Below, in pieces: positions 10,850-22,695 of a stretch of 64,000 bases of DNA. Under the pieces are notes generated by a model. It was not told the origin of the DNA. It ran no database searches and worked only from the letters and a program-made list of their open reading frames with translations. Made by a program: the position numbers and the translations under genes. Source of the DNA: Lepidodermella squamata. Lineage: Eukaryota; Animalia; Gastrotricha. The DNA lies in NCBI GenBank assembly GCA_047495785.1, contig JBLDXI010000007.1, positions 4,216,001 to 4,280,000 on the forward strand, written 5' to 3'. Every line of letters begins with the position of its first letter. Position 1 is the stretch's first letter.

Positions 10850-13261
10850 TCAAAAGACTACGACTGCTGAGTATACATTGAGGCCAATAATGCAATCTAA
10901 GAGTGCGAGAAAGGCCGCTAAATCGAATGCTCGAGCAACAGGAAGTGTCACCCCGAAAATCGTTATCTTTACGCATGTTTTCATCATCAAATTACGGCGT
11001 CGCGATGTCATTGAGTACATAACAGTTTCATAGAAAGCAGTCAATGCTGTTAGGCAGCTTAAAATCAAAATATACTCAGCCATCAGAACGGATTCACTTG
11101 TTTCGGGGAGTTCCCGGTGAACATCAGATTGTGAGACTATCAAGCTTAGCAGGAGAGTTCCAGTGAAAACTGGCCGATCGGGTACATTCGGCTGCATGAT
11201 GAGGGACCCGAAAACTAGAAACATTATAATGGCGCAAGGTGCTAAGTTGTTCATTAGATAAGGCCAATATTTTCGTGAAAACGCAACAGTAAATCGAGCG
11301 TAACTTGATGTTCCGTTCCTTCGAAGTAAGGAAGTCGTCAAACCCTGGCCTGTGGATGCAGATTCAAGTTTCCACAACTCACTCGCGAGTGATCCATTAA
11401 AACTCAGTCGAGCGCCGTCAAATTTAACGAATCTATCAGATTCATCCAGCACAAATGTGAAATCGCATTGTTGGGCGTCGAATGGGAATTTTCGTAGCTT
11501 CAGCTCACATTTCGACCTCAACACGCCGTAGCGCATCCAGTGGAAAAACAGTGTTCTGTTCGGCGTGGTTGGATAGAAAACAGCTTGCGTCAGTTCTTCG
11601 AATCCACTTTTCATGTAAATATCGATCGACGTATTTGCGAATCGCACGCCAGGCACCCATACTTGTTTCCTATCAACAGCGTACACTCGATCAGCCTCGT
11701 TCACATTTGGTGCTGTGACTTCTTTCGGGCAGTTTGTTACTACCCACTGGAGAGTCAGCATTACGCTTACTGCAATCGATCGATCTTTATCGTTTATTTC
11801 AACCAGAGAGTTCAACTCCATGGTAATGAAAATTTTAGAATTGTAACTTGGAGCTCTAAAAATGAGCAATTTAATCGGAAATAGAATATTTTGATATGAA
11901 GGTTTTACCTGACTTTTGGTAAGATGGCCTCGCAAGTGGTAATATCTTCGATCGAGACGAGAGGCACTAAATTTCCATCAATGAGGTCTGGTATCTGGAA
12001 CTCGGAAGTTTGCGAAGAGAAGTCATAGGTTCGAGCTGTTGTTGTGCTGCTACTTGAGGTTGGGGAATCCCCCACCGTGGTCGAAATGGTCACATCTGAA
12101 ATAGATGGGATTGAAGACGTTGGCTGGCTGGAGCTTTCTGCATTTGTATAGTTTGTGCTCAATTTCGTCGAAGATGGGGTTAGACCTGAAGTCAAGGTCT
12201 GAGATGTATAGCTAGAGCTGCTGTCAGCCGTTGAGTGGGAACTAGAGCTCGTTGAAGAAGTGCTGGGTAATTTGGTTGATGTTGAAACCATTGTAGTTGC
12301 CGATGTTGTAGCGACAGATGTTGTTTTAACAGTTGAAGTTTGGAAGTAGCCCGTGCAGTTGTACATTTTGACCGAGTAAATGTCGAGAGTATCCGAGTAA
12401 GAGCCACTTCTGCCTCCCACACCAAACACCATGTTCTGCCCAGTAAAATAGCTTGATATTTTGACTGGCGACGTCAAATTCGAGTACGGACCAAGACACG
12501 TTCCATTCAAAAGGCACATTCCTATCTAATTTGAAATGTCGAATCAACCTTAACTTTCTAGAAATGATGTTTGAAAAATTACCGCAATATCGGTTCCATT
12601 AAGGACTCGCAGTTGATGCAGCACGAAGTTGTTTCTAAACCAGGGCGAAATCGGTATTGAAGACTTCCGGACTAGCTCAATTGGAGTAACGTTCTGAGTT
12701 TGATAAGCCAAAGCACTCATGCTTGTTTGATATGGACTGAATCGAACAGTCAGACCGAGAGACAGACTCGTGGTGACCGAATACATGCCACCTATCAAAT
12801 TTTGTAAAATTAAATCATATCACTAGGCATGATGGTCAAACCTGAGGTGAGAGGTCTTCGCACAGAAGCATTGTTAGCTATGAAAACTGAAAAACCGTCA
12901 CCGTTATCTGCATCAAAAGCCATTGTATAGGCCAGGATTTCGATATAAAAATCGTCCAAATCGAAAATCTAAAAGCCAAGATATAAATCAACGAAATCCC
13001 TAGGTTGAATCAAACTTGTTTATTCCACAGCCCAGTTTCTCGCCACGTGTTGCCTTCCGAGGTGAGACGCGTCGTGTTAGCAGGCTGATCGGTTGTATTG
13101 AGATTAGGCATTGCAAGATAGTCCCAATAGGCAGCACGGTCGGTATCGTGATTGATCAGTGACATTTGAGGGACCAAGGTGCCACATGAACTAACGCCTT
13201 GACTTGAAGTCAGGCGAGTTTGAATAGTCGTTAGTAGTAAAATTTGAAAAATCGGAATCAT
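10850..13261 (-). CDS. Lectin-headed Cys-loop pLGIC, subtype B copy 1 (signal peptide, 1 L-type lectin domain, Ser/Thr stalk, LBD, 4TM)
   Basis: Lectin motifs TRLTSEG..ETGLWNK, GDGFSVFI, FGVGGRSGSYSDTLDIYS. Cys-loop CELKLRKFPFDAQQC. In-frame GT-AG introns including PKVR|APSY. Confidence 0.82.
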
Positions 13262-14219
13262 TTGAATTTCTTTTCACGTGAAAATATAAACCGGTCCACA
13301 ATTATGTCAAATATACAGGATATTTGCTTTATCCTGAAGTTGAGTAGCGAATATAATCGAGGTCAAGAATAAATTATTTAACGCTTCTTGCTGCTCGCTG
13401 CTCGTAATGAGATGTCAAATAGAAATAAAAATTTAAAATATTCGAGTGCGACGTGGGCTGTCGAGTTTATGACTGCAATCGATAAGCGTGAACGCGAGCT
13501 CTGATACAGATGGTGAGATTTGGTTGTGTTTTAGCGACGTTTTCGAACTCCGAGCAAAACACAACGCAAAACTGGTCACGTTTATTAGTTGAGTCTGTTC
13601 CCGTAGTCGAACCTCAATGCCACAAGACCTTAGGACTTAGGATAACAAATATGAGACATGTTGTACGCGCACTTTAGCTTTCCATATGTGCGTGCAGGAT
13701 TACAGGATCGGAGCGCACGTGCCAAGATAATAACATGAAAAAAGGCTATATTTTGAGGTGTGGGTTCTTTGTTGCTTTGTCAGTTCGTCACTCCGTCATT
13801 CCCAAAAAACTAATAAACTTCAAAAAATGTTTTGGAGTCGAACCCAAAACCTTTAGATTGCGAGACCATTGAGGTGATACAACTATTCAATAGGGATTTT
13901 TCTATAAGAGAGTTGCAGTTTGATGCAGTTTTCTTCTTTCCTATTAGAATCGCCGATTATCCCCATATATTTGATCGAGGCCGATAAGTTTTAGGAAAGT
14001 GTTATCATTTATTAATAAGTTATCAAGTTAAAATTCTTCGAACTTAGTGGAACCAGTGAATCCACAATTATCTGATTGGTCGGGTGGTTTCAAGTCTGTG
14101 ATTGGTTGGTTCAAAGAGCACGCGACACGCACCATTCAATTTTTTTCTGCGTGATGTAATGTGCGTGATGCGTTTATGTGATGTAATGTAGCGGAAAGTG
14201 AATACCCTTCTGCCATCTA

Positions 14220-14292
14220 GCCGAGATAGCTCAGTTGGGAGAGCGTTAGACTGAAGATCTAAAGGTCCCTGGTTCGATCCCGGGTCTCGGCG
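14220..14292 (+). tRNA. tRNA-Phe (GAA)
   Basis: GCCGAGATAGCTCAGTTGGGAGAGCGTTAGACTGAAGATCTAAAGGTCCCTGGTTCGATCCCGGGTCTCGGC forms a full cloverleaf, followed by a T-run terminator. Confidence 0.95.
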
Positions 14293-14361
14293 TACCTTTT
14301 TGCGCTGTCTTTCGCGTATCCTAATTGCCATGTTAGAAGCCCAAGGGGGTTTTCTATCGCA

Positions 14362-14433
14362 GGCCTGTTGGTTTAGGTGTATGATTCTCGCTTCGGGTGC
14401 GAGAGATCTCGGGTTCAATATCTGAACGGGCCC
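14362..14433 (+). pseudogene. Degenerate tRNA-Pro (CGG)
   Basis: GGCCTGTTGGTTTAGGTGTATGATTCTCGCTTCGGGTGCGAGAGATCTCGGGTTCAATATCTGAACGGGCCC. The anticodon arm is intact; the D arm and T arm carry mismatches. Confidence 0.75.
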
Positions 14434-14509
14434 ACTCGTTTTTTCTTCATTTGAATTTCAACAAGCTATTGAAAATTGATCACATAATCCAAGCATTTAA
14501 TTTCCCATC

Positions 14510-14581
14510 TCCCTGATGGTCTAGTGGTTAGGATTCCGCGCTTTCACCGCGGCGGCCCGGGTTCGATTCCCGGTCAGGGAA
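14510..14581 (+). tRNA. tRNA-Glu (TTC)
   Basis: TCCCTGATGGTCTAGTGGTTAGGATTCCGCGCTTTCACCGCGGCGGCCCGGGTTCGATTCCCGGTCAGGGAA, canonical. Confidence 0.95.
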
Positions 14582-14689
14582 AGTTTTGCTTTGAAATGAG
14601 GTTTTTTGCAAAAATCTGACGTAAAACGTAAAACTGACAGTAAGTTTTTGAAAAGCTGGCGCCCATCGGGAGACTCCCCAGAAACTGCT

Positions 14690-14726
14690 CGCGGGAGACC
14701 AGAGGGTTCAACTCCCTGCCGAGGAG
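14690..14726 (+). pseudogene. 3' half remnant of a tRNA-Asp-like gene
   Basis: cgcgggagaccagagggttcaactccctgccgaggag resembles the eukaryotic tRNA-Asp 3' half and is followed by a T-run. The 5' half is missing. Confidence 0.5.
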
Positions 14727-14816
14727 CTAGCTTTTTCCTCGATTTTAAAGCTGTACTAAAAAACTAACTTTCAAAGCGCATATACTATGTATGCGTATTG
14801 GCCAAAAAAGTACAAC

Positions 14817-14889
14817 CGCCCGATGTGGGGCTCGAACCCACGACCCTGGGATTAAGAGTCCCATGCTCTACCGACTGAGCTAACCGGGC
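14817..14889 (-). tRNA. tRNA-Lys (CTT)
   Basis: Reverse complement is GCCCGGTTAGCTCAGTCGGTAGAGCATGGGACTCTTAATCCCAGGGTCGTGGGTTCGAGCCCCACATCGGGCG. Confidence 0.95.
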
Positions 14890-14964
14890 TGAGACTGAGA
14901 AGTGTACTGCTACATTTTATATTTCCTTACTGGTATTAATTCAGGATTAAAAATATTTCGAAGC

Positions 14965-15030
14965 TGCTAAGAGTCGAACCTGTCATCTTCCGACACTTAA
15001 CCAGACGCTTCGTCCACTGTGCCACAACCC
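14965..15030 (-). pseudogene. Highly degenerate tRNA-like remnant (Arg-like)
   Basis: Reverse complement has an A-box-like TGGCACAGTGG and a B-box GGTTCGACTC at tRNA-like spacing, but the stems are broken. Confidence 0.35.
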
Positions 15031-15396
15031 TACCTTCTAAATGGAATCTACTCTACTAGATCATAGAAAAAGCAGTCGCAGAAAAAAATGGTACGTGTCG
15101 CGTGCTCTTCGAATCAACCAACCAATCACAGACTCGAAACCACCCGACCAATCAGATAATTGTGGATTCACTGGTTCCACTAAGAAATTCCTGTTTTTTG
15201 CATTTAAACGTTTGTAGTAAACCGGGTAACAACGACCATTTATCACCACCTTTAATCGGAATATCTTCGAACAAATTAGTAGAAATGCCTGGATATCTTC
15301 CAGGGCAACCACTAAGACTTGAAAATTGCCATTTCAATAATTGAAAACGTTTTTTATTAAACGTTTTAGTGATAACAAATGTTGTTATTCGATTGT

Positions 15397-15634
15397 TTAG
15401 AAAGCGACAATACATGCGTAAACATTCAGGCATAGGAATAAGTCGAAGGCAAGCAAAATCATCGCTAGATCACAAGCACGTGAACAGTGCATCTCAACTC
15501 CAAAGAGCACAATATAGAATCTTGCATTTTCCAGGTAACCACCTTCAGTCGACAAGGTGAACAATATAGCCTGATACAGAGCGATCCCAGCAGTTAGGCC
15601 ACAAAGAATGAGGATGTACTCCGCCATGAGAACT
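15397..15634 (-). pseudogene. 5'-truncated subtype B pLGIC fragment (M3-M4 only)
   Basis: VLMAEYILILCGLT...RACDLAMILLAFDLFLCLNVY matches the end of the 27604 gene. Similarity stops abruptly upstream. Confidence 0.85.
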
Positions 15635-17013
15635 CAAGTTGGAAACATTGGTCGATGAATAATTTAATACTCACACATGTTGTCGCTTTAGCTATTAATT
15701 GCTGGCGTTATTACACCGAGGTCCGGCAACTTTGGAGAAGACTCTGCTGATTGTTGGCGCGATCAAGGCGCGCTCGGACATCGATTGAGCAGTCAATGCA
15801 TTATATTTTGGCTAATGGCAGTGGGTGTTGGTCCCGTGCCAATGCTGTTTTCAAGACGCCCACCCACTTTTACTGTGTTTACGGTGAATTTTTGCGCCAA
15901 CGCATGTTGTGGGTATAATTAGCCCACGAGCCCACGCATCAATCGATGGTAGAAGGCCTGGGATGTGCTCGAGGGACGGTGGTGCAAATTCAATTCGGCA
16001 GCAGCCATGTACATATTCCGCTATTTTTCACGCGTTTTCCTTTTATACTTCCAAAAAAGATGTGCTCATTTGCTATTTCGACAAAGCACATATGTTGGAA
16101 AGATTCGGTTCAGTTTACAGTTTACATGAAAGTAATATGGGGCCAAGTAATTGCTAAATTTCCTTTCTGCTATGTCATGGGGTCCATGGATTGTTTTACA
16201 ACTGACAAAATAATTGTTCATGAGACATCGCTACTAAATAGTCAACTGGTAATTTAATCTCGCTTACTCTAGCCTCAAACTAACTCTAGCCTAACGTTAT
16301 TCCTCTCAAACGTCAAGCACAATTCGCATAATTCAAGGCACCGTGGATCTGCAATCTGAAACCTTCGCTTCAGACGAGCCATGTCGATGTTGGCAAGCTG
16401 CAGGCGTGTTTACGAGCGAACGTCACAAGCGAAGCTGATTCTCATTCTCATGAAATTAAACAAAGAAATAAGAGTTCAAGAACATATAAGCCGAACATAT
16501 GATGCGCGCAAAGGTGAAAGGATGTTTAGAGCAGTTTGCTGATTGCTGATCAACATTTTTGAGACATAAAACAACCTTCCCTTCCCTTTCGGTTCGAGTT
16601 CGAGATGAGCACGGACCAAGCTGCATGTCGGAGCTGTCTTAGAAAAACCGCTCTCACAATAGTATCCGAGTACTTCCTCGTCGTAAATTTCCACAGTCCT
16701 TACGCCTGTTTTAGTTAGTTGAATAGGCGAGCGATCAATCTGTAAACTGATAGTAATTAAAAAGAACTGTTCTGAGCAGCCTTTCGAGAACTGCGTGGAA
16801 GCTATTACGACCACGCGCTATTAGTGATTTTCGAAAAAGCAGGCATTTTTTATGCGAAATAATGCAGTTATGACAGCACTTTGTTGTCATCACGAAACAG
16901 GAAAGCCTCTGACATTCAATAATCAGTACAGTTCATAAAAATCTCACGAAAATCTGGTATTGCGATTGTTGAATAGATGCATAGATGCTTACGCTCCACT
17001 ACCTTTTTCTTTG

Positions 17014-20000
17014 ATGTCTAAATCCATGCGTGGAATAGTCCCTTGCTTTCTGGTGCTTCTGGCATTTCATCAGAGTGGTACTAATTTTGACGAAGGGCTT
17101 ATTCGAACATTATGAATATTTTCTTAGATGCTGGGTACCCAACACCGGACGAAGCAACCTTCCCATTGCCATTGGGCTACCAAGGCACGCCGTGCTTTGA
17201 TTTTCAAAATTCCTTTGACTACGTCAACTCAACGACCAACTTTTCTACCGTCTCTTTCATCACTGGAGTCAATGGAAACAAACTACCAACAGGGCTTCAA
17301 CTCATTACGCGATCGCCACTGCTCATGTACGGAAAATTCTATTCTGGAATCAACGTAAGGGGGAAATGTTAGACATATTGCTGTGTTATCGTTTGCATTC
17401 ACATTGAAGGCGTTTTTCTGCCCCACTGCAAACTTCCGAATCGAATTGGACATCGAGACTTCTTACACCTTCTATAACAATTTATACGCTTGGTTCGCCA
17501 TCTACATCTCCGAGGCCGCCATTACACCCAGTGAGCGAAGATTAAAAATAGGATGGAAAAGATAATTAAAATGGTATATCGTATATCCACAGAGGCTTAT
17601 GTCTCGTTAAGTGTCTGGGATCAGTTCAAAATGCCAAGAGGTCTAAATCTGGCATTCCAGCTGAAACCTGGTGGATTTGCCTATGGTACTTACTACACTC
17701 AGAACCTGACGGCATATGAATTCTTCCCGGGAAATTCGCCGAATCAAACTTCGGTAGCATCATGCGGCAGCTCTTCGTTCTTAGACAACTCCGGCGTCAC
17801 CAACGCCCGCCTCATAATTCAGGTCGTCAACGACTATGCAACTGTCGCAGTTTCGCCTCTTCCAGCCTTTGGAACTACTGAGACCTGCACCTGCTTCGCG
17901 AACCTGTCCGTGCCACTAATGGCCTCCACGGTCATGGCAGTTCACCTGCCAGTTATTACTCTGCTTGCCACAAGAGGCAATCTTTCCGATGTTCTCGTGC
18001 GAAGGCTGTACTTCTTCGGCCTAACACCAGGTACCAAATCGACTCCAGTTTTTCCGGCTCAAGGTACCTGTATGAACTATCAGAATCAAACCACGGTCAC
18101 GCCTGGCTCGACGCAGAGTGTAGCGACGACTGCAGCTCCCAACCCCAGCACTTCAACAGTCGCTTCTACTCAGACAACGAAATCGACAGTAACATCAACA
18201 CCATCAACAACGATTATTCCAACGAGCGTGTCTACAGCTACTTCTTCCGGGGTATTGCCTAGTTCGACAATGTCAGTCATCGCGAGCTCAAACGCCGTGC
18301 AACAAACCTCCTCAAGTATTACATCAAAGGCGCCGTTTACTGGCATTTCAGTGACTACAGCCCTTATCTCAGGAAATACTACTTCAGCTCCGACGCCCTA
18401 TCTGAAAGCATTGGGCTTGCCCTACATGTGGTCGAGTCCACCTACTTTTCTACCGCTTAATTCTTTCAATGTATTCGACCCTTCTTCCTTACTTGCTGCG
18501 AATATTCGCTTAGACCAAGGAGCGGTTGCCAATGCGAGTGGTCTGCAGCTGGACAAGTACCACACGGTAGACAGCGGGGTGGCTATCTTGGACAATACGC
18601 TACCTGCTAGCCTTGCCGTAACAGGGTTTCGTACTGAGCTCGAATTTACATCGGCTTTCGATCTTAATTCAACAGGATATCTCGTTGTCGGAATTTCAAC
18701 GTCACCTGCTTCGCTGAGTTAGTTCATATTTTTTTATTTTTGTGTACGATTTCCAGGTTACCATACAACTGTTTCAGACAACGTCTCTGGTTCCATCAGC
18801 AACTACGACGGTCTTCACATTTCACTCAAGCTTGGGCAAGGCTGCATGGCCTATCTGACCTACGACGAAAATACAACAGCAGCTGCTAACAAGGTTCCGC
18901 TGGATTATGGATTCAACTCGGGATCGATGCTTATCAATGCCAATCAAAGCCCTGGAGCTTCGAATTATCGCCTCATCATTCAAAGTGTCGGCGACAGAGT
19001 CACCGTAGGTTTCTCACTTTGCTTCTGAAGTCGATTTTTTCTGTTTTCATGCTCAAAATAGGTTGCAATCGCTATTATGCCAGGTAATTCAAGCGTGATT
19101 CTGTTCTCAGACGTCAGTGTTCCAGGCTTCAGTGCACGGCAACTTGCAAGCGGCAATGCTAAAACGCAGTTAATTGCCGTAGGCGGCACTCAGGCAGATG
19201 CTGCTGTGAAAAGCCTCAGTTTTTGGTCCTTGAAAGCATCAGTTTCTACAACGCCCACTTCGGCGACAACGATGAGAATTCGCTCCTTTGATTTTTCGTC
19301 GAACATGTCCGAGTTCAATATTCCTTATCTGATCGATGGGAATATGATTCCGCTGCTGAAACTGTCAGACCTCACAACGTGCGAATTCCTAGCACCTGAT
19401 GTTAGGTTTGTTGTTGGTTCAAAAGACGCAATTTAAAATTGAACTGTTGAGTCAAATTTCAAAAAAAGAAAAGGAAGGAGAAAATGCCGATAGGCAAAAA
19501 TTGACCCATTACTAAAAATCTGATTAGTTACACCATTTTTCGACAAGACATTTTAATTTTCTACCCGCAGAGCACCTGATTACAACACAAACGTATTCGT
19601 CTCTTTGAAATTCAAAACCCTGGAAGACATTGACGCTAAATCGAGGCAGATGCTAGCTGGCGCGCAGCTCAATGTCAAATGGGCAGTAAACAGCTGTCCC
19701 GCTGAGGTGACGGCTCCGAACGTTGACGAAGCCGATCGGGTGTACTTGGTTAACCGCAGCGAAATATGGGTGCCGATCATGCGGTCTGTCAACACAACCT
19801 CAGACCTCTACATGGAGAACAGTGTGTCTTGGAAGGAGCAGGTTCACGTCGCCTATTACCCCACAACTCCTAACCGAACGCTGTTCTTCCATTGGATCCG
19901 CTTCGGAGTGATGAAAGCGAAGTGCTGGCTCAAGCTACGAAAGTTCCCGTTCGACTCGCAGCAGTGCGATTTCACATTTGTCCTCGACGAGGCTGACAAC

Positions 20001-20579
20001 TTTTTGAAATTCGGCGGTAGCCGCGTGATGTTTGATAAGTCGTTCAACAGTGATTTATGGACGTTCGAAGCTGCGACCACATCTTTCGGCCTGACGGTAT
20101 CGCCCTTGCGAGAGAACGGAACGTCCAGCTACTGCAAATTCACGGTAACATTCGCTCGCGTGCCAATGCCGTATCTCATGAACAACATGGCGCCATGTGC
20201 TATAATCATGGTCCTGGTATTTGCGTCTCTGATTTTCCAACCCGACTGCCCCGATCGACCAACATTTTCTGGGATGCTGCTGCTCAGCCTGATCGTCATC
20301 CAATCTGACGTTTTCAACAACATCCCGGACACATCGGAATCAGTCCTAATGGCCGAGTACATGCTGATCCTGTGTGCCTTGACAGCAATGGTCACGCTGT
20401 ACTCGGCCGTGTCTTTCGCTGCGACCGTGCGGTATCCTTACTTGGTGGAAGATGTTGCTAATGTGTCGGTTCTGCGTGCTGAAATCTGCTACGCTCGAGC
20501 GATGGATCTTTCTGTATTTTGTCTTGCTACTTCTTTGTTCATGGTCCTGAACCTATACGCTTCACTGGTTGTTGCTTGA
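17014..20579 (+). CDS. Lectin-headed pLGIC, subtype A copy 2
   Basis: Same exon structure as copy 1 with a longer Ser/Thr stalk. Cys-loop CWLKLRKFPFDSQQC. Start codon is approximate. Confidence 0.8.
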
Positions 20580-21359
20580 CCCTCAGTGAACTCATGATAT
20601 TGACGTATTCCTTCTTGTATCTTATCTAATCGCCACAAACCGCTTTTGTTGATGTTGATTATAATGGCAAATATGCCGCTCAACCGCGATGCAACACTCA
20701 ATTAAACAGTGCATGACTTGATTTAAAGTTGATTTTATTGCGTAGGATTATCGTAAAAATTGTCAGATAAATAAAGTATGAAGTCACGTTATATTCTTCA
20801 TGATGCAATATACGCGTGTGTTTTTAGCCACATTTTTGGTGAATTCTTTTTCCCGAACTTTGAACTCGCGTGACGTATTTCGTGGCTTTAAATTGGCAAA
20901 CACGAAGAACACGCGGCGGAGCAACATAGCATGGCTCTTCGAAATCATGAGGACACGTGGTCGCATGCAAATCACAGGCTCCGTTTTTTCCCCTGGATAA
21001 AAACCGCTACTAAACCTGGTTTTTCTAATCCTTCAAACGCTGGAATTTGCAACAGCTCATACTCCACTGATGCAATATGCAATCCACGGCAGTGGTATTC
21101 CTTGATCGTCGGGGCCTTTCACCTACCATGGCCGCTACCATTCTATAGTGCTGTCGACATCTTAGTGTGTCTCGGTTTTTTGGGCTAAATTGATTTTGAA
21201 CATTGACCTTAACTCTTCTCTGGACTACTAAGTGCCATGTTTACGTGCTCATGCTGGCTAATGCTAGCAGCTAGCATAAGGCTTTGAATTATTAATGCTC
21301 GAAATTAACTCAAATAGCTGCCGTTTGATTTTACGATATAAAAGCCATCATACTGGGCA

Positions 21360-22450
21360 CAGGGCTGCAAAAAGTGTACCACCATGCCACCCTTGGGGGT
21401 GGGAAATTTTCGACGTGAAAACCCTGTTTTTGTGGGAAGTTGCCGCCGGAGGCGATTTTTTTGATAAATATGGGTCTAAATTTAAATTTTTTTGTTAAAT
21501 TTTTAACAATGAAACGACTACAACTCACCTTGCTATTTAGCGCTTCTCGCGATTTATCAAGTCCACATCCTATTCACTATTCATAAATCTAATATGATTG
21601 ATATGCGTGCGAGCTATATTGATTTCCCACTTCTCTATATAACTTCTTACTGGCTTGGAATTTGGGAAAACAAATTTGATATTCGGAATCAGCGCGAAAA
21701 ATTAGGGTAGTCAGCAAATTTGCGCACGGTTATCGTGAAAATTGGTGAAGAAATGGGAATGTAGAGAAATTAACTTGTGCGCGCGTAAGAGAGCGCGCGC
21801 GCACGCATCACACGCTACACACGGCTTCCCCGCTCATGCGCGCTTCCCAAATGCGCACGGTGGAGCGCGTGGAAGGCTGGGGCGCGCACACACACACACA
21901 TTTTGAAAGCGCGCGCGTGTGTGCGCACTTCAATCCGCGTAATGTTTGACGGCCTATTTCTTCCCGATTTTGCTTGCTAACTGTGCGCAAATTTGCTGAC
22001 TACCCTAATTTTTCGCGCTGATTCCGAATATCAAATTTGTTTTCCCAAATTCCTGATAGTTACCGAGTTGTAATAACTATGTAAAATCGTAAATTGGGCA
22101 ATATCAGTCCTTAAAAAACACTAGTTTTTTGGTAATTGACGAGTTTTCCCATGAATTATCAAGAATAAATACTCAAAAATAGTGATTCTGGGTGTTTAAA
22201 GCATGAAATATAGCCAGAAATATCCAATTTGGCTTGCAGCGCTGCTTTATTGGGTGTTAATAAGTCCTCAAATGATCAACCTGTGGATATCGTTGATTTC
22301 TCTGCGCTCGCTATGTTTATTTTTCAATCTAGTAACGCGCAACATGAAGGTGCGTGGTGGAAACACGTTAAAATGGGTTGAAATGAGGCGGAGGCGATTT
22401 GGGAAGATTTAAGCTCGGTGGTGGGAAGAAAAACACTTTTTGCAGCCCTG
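21360..22450. mobile_element. Non-autonomous hAT-like DNA transposon
   Basis: TIR CAGGGCTGCAAAAAGTGT at both ends. Perfect 8-bp TSD ACTGGGCA (21352-21359 and 22451-22458). No transposase ORF. Confidence 0.9.
21657..22053. repeat. Internal ~75-bp inverted repeat (nested MITE or foldback) inside the hAT element
   Basis: ggaatttgggaaaacaaatttgatattcggaatcagcgcg... has its reverse complement ending at 22053. The centre is rich in GC/CA dinucleotide runs. Confidence 0.7.
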
Positions 22451-22695
22451 ACTGGGCAGTCGCAACAATGTCTGTTGCATTGTCGGCTGTCATCGCCAGG
22501 ACCTTAATGTCATCACATGACTTCGGAGCAATCAAGTTGGTTCACGAGTTGGAGAAATCGATGAAAGCCAGATATTAATCATTCCATTTCATGCTTTTTA
22601 CTGTGTTCCTACGGGTGGTAGAGATTTTCGTTAAGTGATAATCCCGAGCCATAAATCGCACAAAATACTTGTGACTGGTTCCGATAGTCCACTCA

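Larger units (their letters stand above)
14043..15184. mobile_element. Pair of ~108-bp inverted repeats enclosing a tRNA cluster (possible non-autonomous DNA element)
   Basis: 14043-14151 (cttagtggaaccagtgaatccacaattatctgattgg...) is the near-perfect reverse complement of 15077-15184. Confidence 0.6.

Noticed and set aside
13830-13866. B-box-like GGTTCGACTCC on the minus strand
   Set aside because: Too short and degenerate to call a tRNA.
14068-14418. 116-aa minus-strand ORF containing RDPGSNQGPLDLQSNALPTELSR
   Set aside because: It is an antisense translation of the tRNA-Phe and tRNA-Pro genes, not a protein.
16280-16814. 112-aa ORF and exon-like blocks on the minus strand
   Set aside because: No recognisable domain and no consistent gene model; possibly a decayed gene.
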